From Candidatus Pelearchaeum maunauluense (lineage in GTDB: Archaea; Thermoproteota; Nitrososphaeria_A; Caldarchaeales; Caldarchaeaceae): 64,000 nucleotides of DNA. Both the position numbers and the translations under genes were made by a program. The notes under the pieces are model-generated. The model did no database searches. It saw only the letters and a list, made by a program, of their open reading frames with translations, and was not told where the DNA came from. The stretch is from positions 96,001 to 160,000 of the forward strand of contig JANVYQ010000004.1 of assembly GCA_030059675.1 (NCBI GenBank), read 5' to 3'. Below are positions 36,608 through 46,011 of this stretch, in pieces (the stretch's first letter is position 1; each line of letters starts with the position of its first letter).

Positions 36608-38359
36608 ATGGCTATCAGAAGCTTGGATGAGGCTGCTGTGCTAGACGCCCTAGCGTCGCCCAAGAGGCTAGCTATTCTGAGGACGCTCGCGCAGCAGCCT
36701 ATGAACTATACCGAGCTTATGAAGTCTGTTGGGATGACCAAGCAGAGGGATGCGGGAAAGTTCTCCTACCACCTGAAGAAGCTCCTCTCAACAGACCTTG
36801 TCCGCGTTAATGAGAAGACTAAGCTCTATGAGCTCTCCAAGCGCGGGCACGCGGCGCTTGCCCTCATTTCAGACATGCGCAAAAACTTGGAAGCCCTTGA
36901 TATGCTGATAGTCAGGAGAACCGAGCTGACGGTGGAGCCTTTTGACAAGAACAAGATAGTTAATGTGCTGATCAACGAGGCCGGCGTCCCTCCCCGACTG
37001 GCTAACCGCGTCGCCTCCCTAGCTGAGGAGAAGCTACTAGACCTCAACGTGGAGTATCTATCAGCTCCCCTGATAAGGGAAATCGTAAACTCCATACTGA
37101 TAGATATGGGGCTTGAACGCTATAGGCATAAGCTCATAAGGGTTGGTATGCCTCTCTACGATGTTTCCCGCCTCCTTAACGATTCTGTGAAGAGGCGCGA
37201 TCCGTATGGTTTGATAGTTAGTACCTCGCAGGCCGTCATAAGGGAGTTTATACTCTTTGACGTATTGCCCAGAAATGTAAGCGACGCCCATATCACGGGG
37301 AACATACATCTTGACAACATAGGTAGCTGGCCGTATGGTGAGTATGCCAAGTCATACAGCTATCATGATGAGGTCATAAACAGTATAGTGGATGAGAGCC
37401 TCTACATAGATGCCGAAACTGGGATAGAGATTGAGCTGAAGAACAGGCGGGAGCTGGAGAAGCTGAGCAGGACAGTACAACAGCTGGATAAGATAGACAT
37501 GCTGAAGAAGAAGCTGGTGTCGCTGATTATAGAGTACGACCCGGTGCTGATTCGCCATATACATGAGAAGACGGCAAACGCTAGAGTGAGCATAGTAGCC
37601 TACGCCGACAGCGACTTGAATAACGACGAGAATATGATTGATGAGCTTGTGCAGAATATTGGGCAAAGAATATCGCTATCCCTCGCTGGTGTAAAGTTCT
37701 TCGCCTCAGGATATAGCATTAACGATGGCCACCCAATCTCTGGCGTCGCGGCCATAAACCTACCACGCCTAGCCATATCCTCCGAGGGAGACGAGAACAA
37801 GCTCTGGAGCTCTTTAAGAAACTGCTTTGAGAACATAGCCCAGGCTTTCATAAAGAAGTATGAGATGCTCCGCGAGTTGCGTGGTAGGGAGGCTGGGGGA
37901 TATTTCGTCGTGTCTGGCTGCGGCGTGGGTGAGGCGCTCAGAATACTTGACAACAAGTCGGAGAAGCCCAACATAGAGGTTCTCAAGGAGCTTGTCAGGA
38001 GGATGGAGAGGGAAGCTAGACGGGCTGGCCGCGATAAGGTGAGCATAGTCATCGGAAGCGTCTGCTCATATGATGCTGCGCGTAGGATGTATAGGATAGA
38101 CTCTTCCGAGTTTGGTCATAAGCGGTTGTCAGAGCTCGTTTCGGGTAGGTATGAGCATTATACAACATCGGTCTATGAGCTTTTCAAGGAGATGAGCCAG
38201 CGCGAAGTGCTTGATGCTCTCGCTGAGATGCTACAGTTCTTCACTGGCGGGTTTTTGGTAGGCGTATCTGGTAGGCGCGAGGCTTGGGCTCGTCTAATCC
38301 CAGCGCTGTTTCAATGTGTTGAGGAGCGTAAGGGCAGGGTCATGATACAGCCAGCGTAG
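36608..38359 (+). CDS. wHTH + ATP-cone + degenerate class III ribonucleotide reductase fusion
   Basis: ArsR-like N-terminus; ATP cone (VRRT...EPFDKNKI...LIREIV); NrdD-like DAHITGNIHL, INLPRLA, YTTS, TGG. Confidence 0.8.
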   Translation: MAIRSLDEAAVLDALASPKRLAILRTLAQQPMNYTELMKSVGMTKQRDAGKFSYHLKKLLSTDLVRVNEKTKLYELSKRGHAALALISDMRKNLEALDMLIVRRTELTVEPFDKNKIVNVLINEAGVPPRLANRVASLAEEKLLDLNVEYLSAPLIREIVNSILIDMGLERYRHKLIRVGMPLYDVSRLLNDSVKRRDPYGLIVSTSQAVIREFILFDVLPRNVSDAHITGNIHLDNIGSWPYGEYAKSYSYHDEVINSIVDESLYIDAETGIEIELKNRRELEKLSRTVQQLDKIDMLKKKLVSLIIEYDPVLIRHIHEKTANARVSIVAYADSDLNNDENMIDELVQNIGQRISLSLAGVKFFASGYSINDGHPISGVAAINLPRLAISSEGDENKLWSSLRNCFENIAQAFIKKYEMLRELRGREAGGYFVVSGCGVGEALRILDNKSEKPNIEVLKELVRRMEREARRAGRDKVSIVIGSVCSYDAARRMYRIDSSEFGHKRLSELVSGRYEHYTTSVYELFKEMSQREVLDALAEMLQFFTGGFLVGVSGRREAWARLIPALFQCVEERKGRVMIQPA

Positions 38360-38361
38360 CG

Positions 38362-38742
38362 CTATTTCCTAGTTTTAAGCAGTAGTATAGCCCTAGCCAG
38401 GTCGCCGCGTGCCTCTTGAAGGGCTTTACGCGCTTCTTCCTCGCTCGCGCCCGACTGGGCCATGACCAGCATCACATCATCGTCGCTGGGGGTGTATTCC
38501 TCCACCTGCTCCTCACTAGGCGCTGTAGGGGCTCTTTCCTCAGCCTCGCCGCCAACAATCTGGAATATCCTCTCCTTCTCAACCTGAAGCGCGACGACGG
38601 AGGGGCTTCGGACAACAATCTCCTTATCGTGGAATCTTATCACAACCTCTTCTGCCGTACCGAGCTCTTTTAGGTCTAATCCCAAACTGCCCAACATGCG
38701 TGCCTGCATACGCCGGAGCTCGCGCGGACTAAGCCTCTTCAA
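38362..38742 (-). CDS. nac: Nascent polypeptide-associated complex protein
   Basis: SPRELRRM, EEVVI, FQIVG, UBA-like DDVMLVMAQ...GDLARAIL; start placed at TTG 38742. Confidence 0.92.
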   Translation of the reverse strand: MKRLSPRELRRMQARMLGSLGLDLKELGTAEEVVIRFHDKEIVVRSPSVVALQVEKERIFQIVGGEAEERAPTAPSEEQVEEYTPSDDDVMLVMAQSGASEEEARKALQEARGDLARAILLLKTRK

Positions 38743-38853
38743 GGAAATCCTCCCCTTTAGCCCATGCTCTCTCCCTAAAAACATTATACCGCACAAAACT
38801 ATATACACCCCAACGGTGAGAGAAGTATTGAAGAAGAAAGTATACGTGCTATC

Positions 38854-39399
38854 GTGGAGGTAATCGTCCCCTCGCGTAAGACTGTCCTAATCTTCCTAGG
38901 CCTATCGTTCCTCAGCATAGCGGGGGCGGTTCAGAGCTACGCTTTCGGGGATGATGTTCCATGCGTGGAGAAGCCTCCTCTCTACGATGCCTTAAGACCT
39001 TATGGCTTCTGGTTTCCGTGGATAATCTTTACAGCTCCGCTGCATGTTGCAGCAGCTTTAATCTGCGGCTCTGGCGATTTATGCATCCAGCTCCTCTCCA
39101 GCTTCCCATCCATGGGTGCCGTAAAGTTCCCGCTAGCCAGCGTCTTATACTCCTCCGCTGCGGCGTGCTGGGTTGTTTATAGCTGGAGACGATGGTGCGT
39201 TGCTGCACCAAGAGATACGCGCATACTACTATTGTTAGTCCCACTAGCGCCAGCGCTCTTTCTCGGCAGACCTTCCATACCAACAATTATAGTATTTCCC
39301 CTATTTGTGGTCTCTACATTCCTCCTACTATACGGCGTCTTCATAGTATATTCTGTGGCTATTTACGGGCTATTCAGGGGCGTGCGCGCCCTCTTCTAG
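38854..39399 (+). CDS. Hypothetical membrane protein
   Basis: Several hydrophobic helices; no recognised motif. Confidence 0.5.
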   Translation: MEVIVPSRKTVLIFLGLSFLSIAGAVQSYAFGDDVPCVEKPPLYDALRPYGFWFPWIIFTAPLHVAAALICGSGDLCIQLLSSFPSMGAVKFPLASVLYSSAAACWVVYSWRRWCVAAPRDTRILLLLVPLAPALFLGRPSIPTIIVFPLFVVSTFLLLYGVFIVYSVAIYGLFRGVRALF

Positions 39400-39855
39400 A
39401 ATCCCCTGCCTGACCTTCACGGCCACGCCTCGCTTGAGCAGCCCCATCTCAAGACCAGAGATTACAGCCCTCCCCACAGCTACCAACTCGCCGCGCAAAT
39501 CTTCAACAATCACCTCCTCGCGCGGGACAATCTGAGGATCGCGCTGCACGACATGCTTTGAGAAGACGTCGCCTCCTCTCTTGATGAACTCCACAGCCTC
39601 ATCCGCAACTCTAACACGCAGCCTATCCGCGGGGAGTGCTAGACGTAGCCGCCGCGCCCCTTCTAGGGTTAGTGCCAGCATCCCGTCGGATGGTCTTAGG
39701 GTGGCTAGGAGCCTCCCGTCGTGGTAGACTCGGCGTACCCAGCCTGTTCTGCTGGACAGCTCAAAGACTACGCTGTCTGGGAAGAGTGCTGCGCCGACAC
39801 CAGCCCCGAACTGGAAATCAGCTATGAGGCGGACTGTTTCCAGCTCATACCGCAT
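39370..39855 (-). CDS. PUA-domain protein (resembles the archaeosine TGT C-terminus)
   Basis: IADFQFG, LATLRPSDG, GDVFSKHV, GVAVKVR. Confidence 0.85.
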   Translation of the reverse strand: MRYELETVRLIADFQFGAGVGAALFPDSVVFELSSRTGWVRRVYHDGRLLATLRPSDGMLALTLEGARRLRLALPADRLRVRVADEAVEFIKRGGDVFSKHVVQRDPQIVPREEVIVEDLRGELVAVGRAVISGLEMGLLKRGVAVKVRQGILEEGAHAPE

Positions 39856-41131
39856 GGCCGTCCACCACCCTAAAGCCGCTGGCAACCTTGCGTATCTTCT
39901 CAGCTATGTGGATGGGTGCTTCAATATCCATATCCACATGACTTCCGTCAAACTCAAGTTTTATGACGTGGCAGTTCTCCTTGACCTCTGTGAGGAGCGG
40001 GTATATTGTTGTCCCGTTGTCTAGACGGGCTTCAACCCTTATGTAGCCGCCCATCATCTCCGCTATGCTCCTCTCCAGCTCGTCTATGTTCATCCCACAT
40101 AGGGCTGATACCGCCACATAACGCAGACCAACCCCAAGCTGCGAGATTTTCTTCTCCAGCTCATCGTTTGAGGAGAGCTTGTCAATCTTGTTAAAGACTA
40201 GTAGTACAGGAACGTTATCAACCCCTATATCGTCAAGAACATCAAGCGAGGAGTTTATCTTATTCCCCATAACGTCTGTAGGCTCCGACGCATCAACCAC
40301 CAGGAGTATGAGGTCTGCGTATATGAGCTCGCTTAGGGTTGAGTTGAACGCATCAACCAGTAGTGGGGGTAGGTTTTTGATGAATCCTACGGTGTCTGAG
40401 AGATACGCCTTCTTCCCAGCCACCCGTACTATCCTAGTGGTTGTGGATAGTGTTGTGAAGAGCTGCGGGCTTACTGGCACTGACTCGCGGGTGAGCACGT
40501 TGAAGAGCGTTGATTTCCCAGCGTTGGTGTAGCCTGTCAGGGATACCGCTGGTATCCCATGCTCAGCCCTTCTCCTCCTGAAGAGGTTTCGCCGCCTCTT
40601 GATATCCTCCAGCTTATCAACTATCGTGGATATCCTCCTGCTGACCTCGTCGTAGTAGATGTCCGCCTCATAGGCGCCCAGGCCGTGAAAGCCTGGCTGC
40701 TCGCCCTTCTTGGCCAGCCTAACCTTCTCCTTAGCCCTGGAGAGCTCATACTTCAGCTCAGCGAGCTTAATCTGCAACTTAGCCTCGGTTGAGGCTGCGT
40801 GCTGCGTGAATATCTCAAGAATGAGCTGTGTGCGGCTTATCACAGGAACGCCGAGGCTCTTAGCCAGGTTATACTCCTGGACAGGCTTTATCTCATTCTC
40901 AAAAATAACCTTCTGAATACCCAGGTTCTTCACGGCCTTTCTAAGCTCCTCAACCTTCCCAGGGCCTATGTGGTATCTGGGATGCGGGTGCCTCACCTGG
41001 GTTATTGAATAGACAGGCTCATAGCCAGCTGTCTTGCAGAGCTCCTTCAACTCATCTAGGTTATACTCGCTTTTGCTGAGCATCCGCTGTACTACGGCAA
41101 CCTTCACCCGCTCACCTGCCACCTCTAGCAT
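39845..41131 (-). CDS. hflX: GTPase HflX
   Basis: LILEIF, GYTNAGKST, LFTTL, DTVGFI, NKID. Confidence 0.95.
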   Translation of the reverse strand: MLEVAGERVKVAVVQRMLSKSEYNLDELKELCKTAGYEPVYSITQVRHPHPRYHIGPGKVEELRKAVKNLGIQKVIFENEIKPVQEYNLAKSLGVPVISRTQLILEIFTQHAASTEAKLQIKLAELKYELSRAKEKVRLAKKGEQPGFHGLGAYEADIYYDEVSRRISTIVDKLEDIKRRRNLFRRRRAEHGIPAVSLTGYTNAGKSTLFNVLTRESVPVSPQLFTTLSTTTRIVRVAGKKAYLSDTVGFIKNLPPLLVDAFNSTLSELIYADLILLVVDASEPTDVMGNKINSSLDVLDDIGVDNVPVLLVFNKIDKLSSNDELEKKISQLGVGLRYVAVSALCGMNIDELERSIAEMMGGYIRVEARLDNGTTIYPLLTEVKENCHVIKLEFDGSHVDMDIEAPIHIAEKIRKVASGFRVVDGHAV

Positions 41132-41184
41132 GGAGAATCGCTAGGCATCGTTTAAATCTTGAGCCTGCTCTAACGTTCTAGAAG

Positions 41185-41535
41185 CTATAACGTCTGGCCG
41201 CTCTTCTTCAGAACGTCCTCCAGCGTGTATCCCGTCTGTTGGGGCTTTGAGGCTTTGGGCAGGCTTGTGGCGTATTCCTCTGGGGCTTCCTGGACTATTG
41301 TTATCTTGAGAGCCTTCTCAAGCCTGCGCGCCAGCTCTATTGGAGGGTGGAAGACGCCCTGCTCTATCTTCCTAATCACGGTAGCCTTTTCCTTGACGAG
41401 CGCGGCCAGCTCTTCCTGCGATAGGCCCATTTTCTCGCGCGCCCGCCTCACCTGCTCCCCAAAATCCTCAACATACTCATACTCCTCTGCCAGTAATCCC
41501 TTATTGCGGGGCTTTCTCCTCAAAGGCTGGGGCAT
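41185..41535 (-). CDS. Archaeal MBF1 (HTH) protein
   Basis: EYVEDFGEQVRRAREKMGLSQEELA...IEQG, C-terminal TLED. Confidence 0.85.
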   Translation of the reverse strand: MPQPLRRKPRNKGLLAEEYEYVEDFGEQVRRAREKMGLSQEELAALVKEKATVIRKIEQGVFHPPIELARRLEKALKITIVQEAPEEYATSLPKASKPQQTGYTLEDVLKKSGQTL

Positions 41536-41572
41536 AATAGCAACACCACACAACTAACTATGTAATCCTACC

Positions 41573-42268
41573 TCATATTCCTTTCCCAATCATCGCAGCC
41601 TCCACGCTACATAATGTTCTGGATACCGTTATCCAGGCTTCAAGTGGAGTATCGTGTATCTTTATCTTCATGTCAGCCAGTCTTTCTGTATCTCTGGAGA
41701 AACCGCCGTGTGGGAAGCCGCCTATCAAGACCATGGGCTTCTGCGTTGATATTATCTCCAGGCCAAGTCCCCTCACATCTCTATACTCCCCATCCTCGCT
41801 CAGCAAGTAAATCCTTGTTGGCGATAGCTCGTTGACCAGCTGCTGGATGGATGCCCGTCTAATTGCGAGTAGCACGCCACCGTCTTCAGACCTTATCTCG
41901 CCGAGCTGGTATAGCTGTTCAATAAGCCCCTTAAACCGCTCATAGACGCGCGGCAGCCTAACCCATGGTTTCACGTCTATTAAGTATCCATCCAAGGTGG
42001 AGATATACACGCTGAGGAGTCCGCGTTTATTGAGGGGGGAGCCCAGAGCCTCTAGTAGGGAGAAATGCGCTATGTCTGGCCTGCCGCGCTTATGGGCTTG
42101 GGGCAGGTTCTTCATGGCTGCATGGTGGTAAGACCTGTCCAGCAATAGCTCGCCAGGCTTCTTCCCACGCTGCCTGGCGTAGTTAGCCACGGCAGGATGC
42201 CGCCAACACTCGCGCGGCACAAGCTCAAGAGCAGCCTCAACCAAGACTAGGGTAAGCTTCTCCAACAC
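41573..42268 (-). CDS. nep1: 16S rRNA pseudouridine N1-methyltransferase Nep1
   Basis: LLDRSYHH, KRGRPDI, RLPRVYERF, GGFPHG. Confidence 0.93.
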   Translation of the reverse strand: MLEKLTLVLVEAALELVPRECWRHPAVANYARQRGKKPGELLLDRSYHHAAMKNLPQAHKRGRPDIAHFSLLEALGSPLNKRGLLSVYISTLDGYLIDVKPWVRLPRVYERFKGLIEQLYQLGEIRSEDGGVLLAIRRASIQQLVNELSPTRIYLLSEDGEYRDVRGLGLEIISTQKPMVLIGGFPHGGFSRDTERLADMKIKIHDTPLEAWITVSRTLCSVEAAMIGKGI

Positions 42269-42339
42269 GCCTACCTGAGATAAGAGACCATAAAAAGGAG
42301 CCGATAACCATTAATCCGACGAAGCCACATAATATCTGG

Positions 42340-43455
42340 ATGCGGATAACGGGTATTGCAGACCTGCCACTCCACGGGGGCCATGCGCCCTCCTGGCTTG
42401 TCCGTAGGATGAAGCACCTAGCATCTGCTATAGTCCGTGTTATAGTTGATGACTATGGTGAGCGGGAGGTTTTACGCCGCTTGGGCGACCCCTTCTGGTT
42501 TCAGTCATTCGGCTGCGTGCTGGGCTTTGACTGGCACTCAAGCGGGCTCACCACGGTAGTTACAGGCGCTCTCCGCGAGGCGCTGAGCCTTGAGGAGCAT
42601 GGCGTGGCGCTTGCTGGTGGTAAGGGTAGGATGAGCAGGACTGTTCACGAGCAGCTAAGCGCGGCCCAGCTAAGCGGTGGTGTGGCTGAGCAGCTTTATA
42701 GGGCGAGCAGGCTCACCGCCAAGGTGGATAACGCTGTCCTACAAGATGGATACAGCATATACCACCACGTAATAGCATACACATCCTCTGGGGAGTGGGC
42801 TGTAATCCAGCAGGGCATGAATGACGCTAACGGTTATGCGCGGAGATACCACTGGCTATGGGAGGATGTGGCGAGCTTCGTGGTAGAGCCTCATAGCGGG
42901 CTGGTCGGAGACAAGGTTGAGATGCGGGTCATCAACATGACATCTAAGGGGAGTGAGGAGGCGCGCCGTGTTTCGCTGGACATAGTTAGGGAGAGTCCCC
43001 AGAAGCTTATAAGACTCATAAACATAGCTTCATCAAGGCAGGAGACGCTAACAGCATTTACTTCATCACAGGACGAGCAGATAAAGTTGCCAGCGCATCT
43101 ATCCATGCCGCGGAGGATAGACTGGGACACAGTGAGAAGAGCATATGACATGCAGCCCACCAACTACGAGGAGCTGGTGGATGTGAGGGGTATGGGGCCA
43201 GCAACGATAAGGGCACTGGCGCTTGTAGCTAGCATAATCTACGGCGCCGAAGTAGATTGGCGCGACCCAGTAAAGTATAGCTTCGCCCACGGTGGTAAGG
43301 ATGGTGTTCCGTATCCCGTTGAGAGGCGGAGGATGGATAAGGTTATAGGCTTCCTCCGCGAGGCGGTTGAGGCCTCGGAAATAGATGCGCGCGAGAAGAA
43401 GGACGCATTACGGAGGTTGCTAAGCCTTGAGAGACGTCTCTACGGTAGGGGGTGA
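42340..43455 (+). CDS. DUF763 family protein
   Basis: ADLPLHGG, DWHSSG, AKVD...QDGY, QQGM, AHGGKDGVP. Confidence 0.9.
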   Translation: MRITGIADLPLHGGHAPSWLVRRMKHLASAIVRVIVDDYGEREVLRRLGDPFWFQSFGCVLGFDWHSSGLTTVVTGALREALSLEEHGVALAGGKGRMSRTVHEQLSAAQLSGGVAEQLYRASRLTAKVDNAVLQDGYSIYHHVIAYTSSGEWAVIQQGMNDANGYARRYHWLWEDVASFVVEPHSGLVGDKVEMRVINMTSKGSEEARRVSLDIVRESPQKLIRLINIASSRQETLTAFTSSQDEQIKLPAHLSMPRRIDWDTVRRAYDMQPTNYEELVDVRGMGPATIRALALVASIIYGAEVDWRDPVKYSFAHGGKDGVPYPVERRRMDKVIGFLREAVEASEIDAREKKDALRRLLSLERRLYGRG

Positions 43456-43461
43456 AGCGCT

Positions 43462-43773
43462 CTGCGCAGGCCTAGTAAAAAGGCTCTGAGGGAATTCGCC
43501 CTCCAGAGGATAAAGAGAGCCCTGGACTTCGCGTTTGAAATATACCCAGAATATCCTGAGTATGCCGTAAGGGCTGTGAGGCAGGCGCAGCGCCTAGCCC
43601 AGAAAGTACGGCTGAGGCTCCCTACCACGTTGAAGCGGCGTTTCTGCCGTAAGTGCGGCACGCCATTCATAGGCTCGCAGACATTCTCGGTGCGCGTAAG
43701 GCAGAACCGCGCTACGCATGTGGTTGTCCGCTGCAAGCTATGCGGCCACACGAGGCGCTTCTACGTCTCCTAG
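43462..43773 (+). CDS. rnp4: Ribonuclease P protein component 4 (Rpp21)
   Basis: KRRFCRKC...VRCKLCG; homology extends upstream (ALQRIKRAL) to a probable CTG start at 43462. Confidence 0.88.
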   Translation: MRRPSKKALREFALQRIKRALDFAFEIYPEYPEYAVRAVRQAQRLAQKVRLRLPTTLKRRFCRKCGTPFIGSQTFSVRVRQNRATHVVVRCKLCGHTRRFYVS

Positions 43774-43842
43774 CTGAGAAGCCTATAAATTATTGCTTTA
43801 TAGGGAGGCGGGGAGAGGAAAGAAGCTCAGCGGCGGTGTAGC

Positions 43843-44268
43843 ATGTCGCTTACAGTAATGCGGGCAGACGCGCAGAAGCTCATAGAGAGGGTAGCGGAGT
43901 ATCTCAAGACAAACCAGCTGGTAAAGCCCCCACCCTGGGCTATGTTCGTAAAGACGGGCGTGCATAAGGAGAGGTCTCCCACAAACCCTGACTGGTGGTA
44001 TATACGGGCTGCAGCGGTTCTACGCAAGCTCTACGTTAAAGGCCCGCTGGGCGTCTCGCGGCTGCGCAAGATGTATGGCGGGAGGCATAGGGCCAACCAG
44101 CATCCGCCGCACTTCGCGCCAGGAAGCGGCGCAATAATAAGGAAAGTCCTACAACAGCTGGAGAATGCGAACCTGGTTACGAAGGCTGATAAGAAGGGGC
44201 GAACCGTAACCGCGAAGGGACGTAAGCTTCTGGAGGAGGCCGCCCGCGGGGTAATAGCTAGGAAGTGA
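43843..44268 (+). CDS. rps19e: 30S ribosomal protein S19e
   Basis: PPWAMFVKTGVHKER, DWWYIRAA, GSGAIIRK. Confidence 0.96.
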   Translation: MSLTVMRADAQKLIERVAEYLKTNQLVKPPPWAMFVKTGVHKERSPTNPDWWYIRAAAVLRKLYVKGPLGVSRLRKMYGGRHRANQHPPHFAPGSGAIIRKVLQQLENANLVTKADKKGRTVTAKGRKLLEEAARGVIARK

Positions 44269-44704
44269 GAGCCAGCCTCATGATGTAGGCGTCCTCCCCA
44301 TCCTTATAATACCTGGGTATCTTCCCTACCTTCTCAAAACCATGCTTCTCGTAGAAGCTTATCGCAGCGCTGTTGGATACTGCCACCTGCAGGTCTAGAT
44401 ACTCCACTTCCTCTGGGAGTTGTCTGATTATGCTGCGTAGCAGTAAAGCCCCTACTCCGCGCCGCCTGTGCTGGGGATGAACCGCTATAGAGAGGAGTAG
44501 GGCATTCCTCTCCTCAACCCTAGCCACAGCGTATCCCACGACCCTACCAGAATCCTCGGCTACTAGGAACAAAGAGCTGGGGCTGGCTAGTAGTGTTAGG
44601 AACACGACGAAACCATAGGGATGGTTGAAGGACTTTCGCTCAATATCATATATCGCCAGCAGGTCGTTTAACGCTGCTCTCCTAATGGTTGTTGCCCCGC
44701 TCAA
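44258..44704 (-). CDS. rimI: RimI/Ard1-type N-acetyltransferase
   Basis: IAVHPQHRRRGVG, N..AISFYEKHGF, YYKDGEDA. Confidence 0.88.
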   Translation of the reverse strand: MSGATTIRRAALNDLLAIYDIERKSFNHPYGFVVFLTLLASPSSLFLVAEDSGRVVGYAVARVEERNALLLSIAVHPQHRRRGVGALLLRSIIRQLPEEVEYLDLQVAVSNSAAISFYEKHGFEKVGKIPRYYKDGEDAYIMRLALTS

Positions 44705-44937
44705 CTCCTCAGTGCCAAGAGTATGAGATAGATGAGGAGCAGCGCTATTATGAGTATGGGCGACGTGCCTATGAAGAAGCCATCAACCCGCGTACCCCAT
44801 ACCAATAGTGGGTGAATCTTGTCAAGTCTATCAAACAGGCGCGATAGTATGGGGAGTGCTACGAGTATTATGCCAAGGATTATGAGCAGTATCCCCAGGA
44901 ATGTGAATGGGGCGAAGATGCTCTGATTCTGAGCCAT
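44701..44937 (-). CDS. Small membrane protein
   Basis: Two TM helices; tightly coupled to both neighbours. Confidence 0.65.
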   Translation of the reverse strand: MAQNQSIFAPFTFLGILLIILGIILVALPILSRLFDRLDKIHPLLVWGTRVDGFFIGTSPILIIALLLIYLILLALRS

Positions 44938-45597
44938 CTACGTACCAGCCTCCATCCGCGCTGCTGCAGCTAGTAGTTTTATCACCTCCTCATCGCTCGT
45001 CTGCTCAAACTCTTCGTAAAACTGCCCTATGGCATAGAACTCGCTGGGTGTTTGTAGGCAGTACACCTCATCAACCTCAGCGCGTATCTTTGCGACGGTC
45101 TCTGGCGGCGCTACTGGAACTGCGACGACTATCTTACGCGCACCTAGGCCGCGGACGTATTTTATCGCAGCCCGCATGGTGGCGCCTGTCGCTAGGCCGT
45201 CATCAACGAGGATTACCGTCTTGCCGCGTATATCCACTGGCGGCCTACCGCCGCGATAGCGTTCAACTCTCCGCTTTATCTCGCGTATCTCCATCTCCGC
45301 CGTCTCCCTGATGTATTCGTCGGACGCTCCGACGAGTTGGGCTATGTTTTCTTCAACAACCAGCGAGCCATCTTCAGCCACAGCGCCCACGGCCAGCTCA
45401 GGCTGGTATGGTGCTCCTATCTTCCTAGGAACGACCACATCCAGTGGGGCGTTTAGGGCTTTAGCCACCTCGTAGCCTACTACGACGCCTCCCCTAGGGA
45501 TAGCCAAGACCACCGCATCCCCTAACCCGGCCTCACGAAGCTTAGACGCCAATAAGCGCCCAGCATCGGTCCTACTCCTGAAAATCATCCAAAACAT
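44938..45597 (-). CDS. Phosphoribosyltransferase family protein
   Basis: IPRGG, RKIGAP, VDDGLATGAT, AIGQFYEEF. Confidence 0.9.
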   Translation of the reverse strand: MFWMIFRSRTDAGRLLASKLREAGLGDAVVLAIPRGGVVVGYEVAKALNAPLDVVVPRKIGAPYQPELAVGAVAEDGSLVVEENIAQLVGASDEYIRETAEMEIREIKRRVERYRGGRPPVDIRGKTVILVDDGLATGATMRAAIKYVRGLGARKIVVAVPVAPPETVAKIRAEVDEVYCLQTPSEFYAIGQFYEEFEQTSDEEVIKLLAAAARMEAGT

Positions 45598-45707
45598 AGC
45601 TATGGTCTATCATGCTATTAGCCTTTTCATCGGCAAAATGCTAGAACCAGCCCCTACGGAATAGCTTTATATTCTCAGACAGCAACCACCGTTTCAGAGA
45701 GGCTGTT

Positions 45708-45911
45708 ATGAGCGAGCACGTGATGGAGGGTAAGATTCTATACCAGTGTGTAAGGTGTGGTAGGCTGTTTGAGAAGGAGAAGATGCCCAAGGTGGCTGAG
45801 ACACGCTGCCCTGTGTGCGGCTATAACGTGATAAAAAAAGCCAAGGCGCCTGCTGCCAAGCTCATAAAGACCTCAGAGCTGGGCAAGGACATTGTACGGA
45901 TGTCGGTATAA
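45708..45911 (+). CDS. rpoP: DNA-directed RNA polymerase subunit P (Rpo12)
   Basis: YQCVRCG...RCPVCGYNVIKK. Confidence 0.85.
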   Translation: MSEHVMEGKILYQCVRCGRLFEKEKMPKVAETRCPVCGYNVIKKAKAPAAKLIKTSELGKDIVRMSV

Positions 45912-46011
45912 GGCCATCCAAGCGTAGGCTGGTGGAGAATACCCGAATAATCTTCACAGAGCCGAGTCTTGTGAAGATTTAAGATGCGCTGGGCTGGGAT
46001 AAGCCTCGTAG

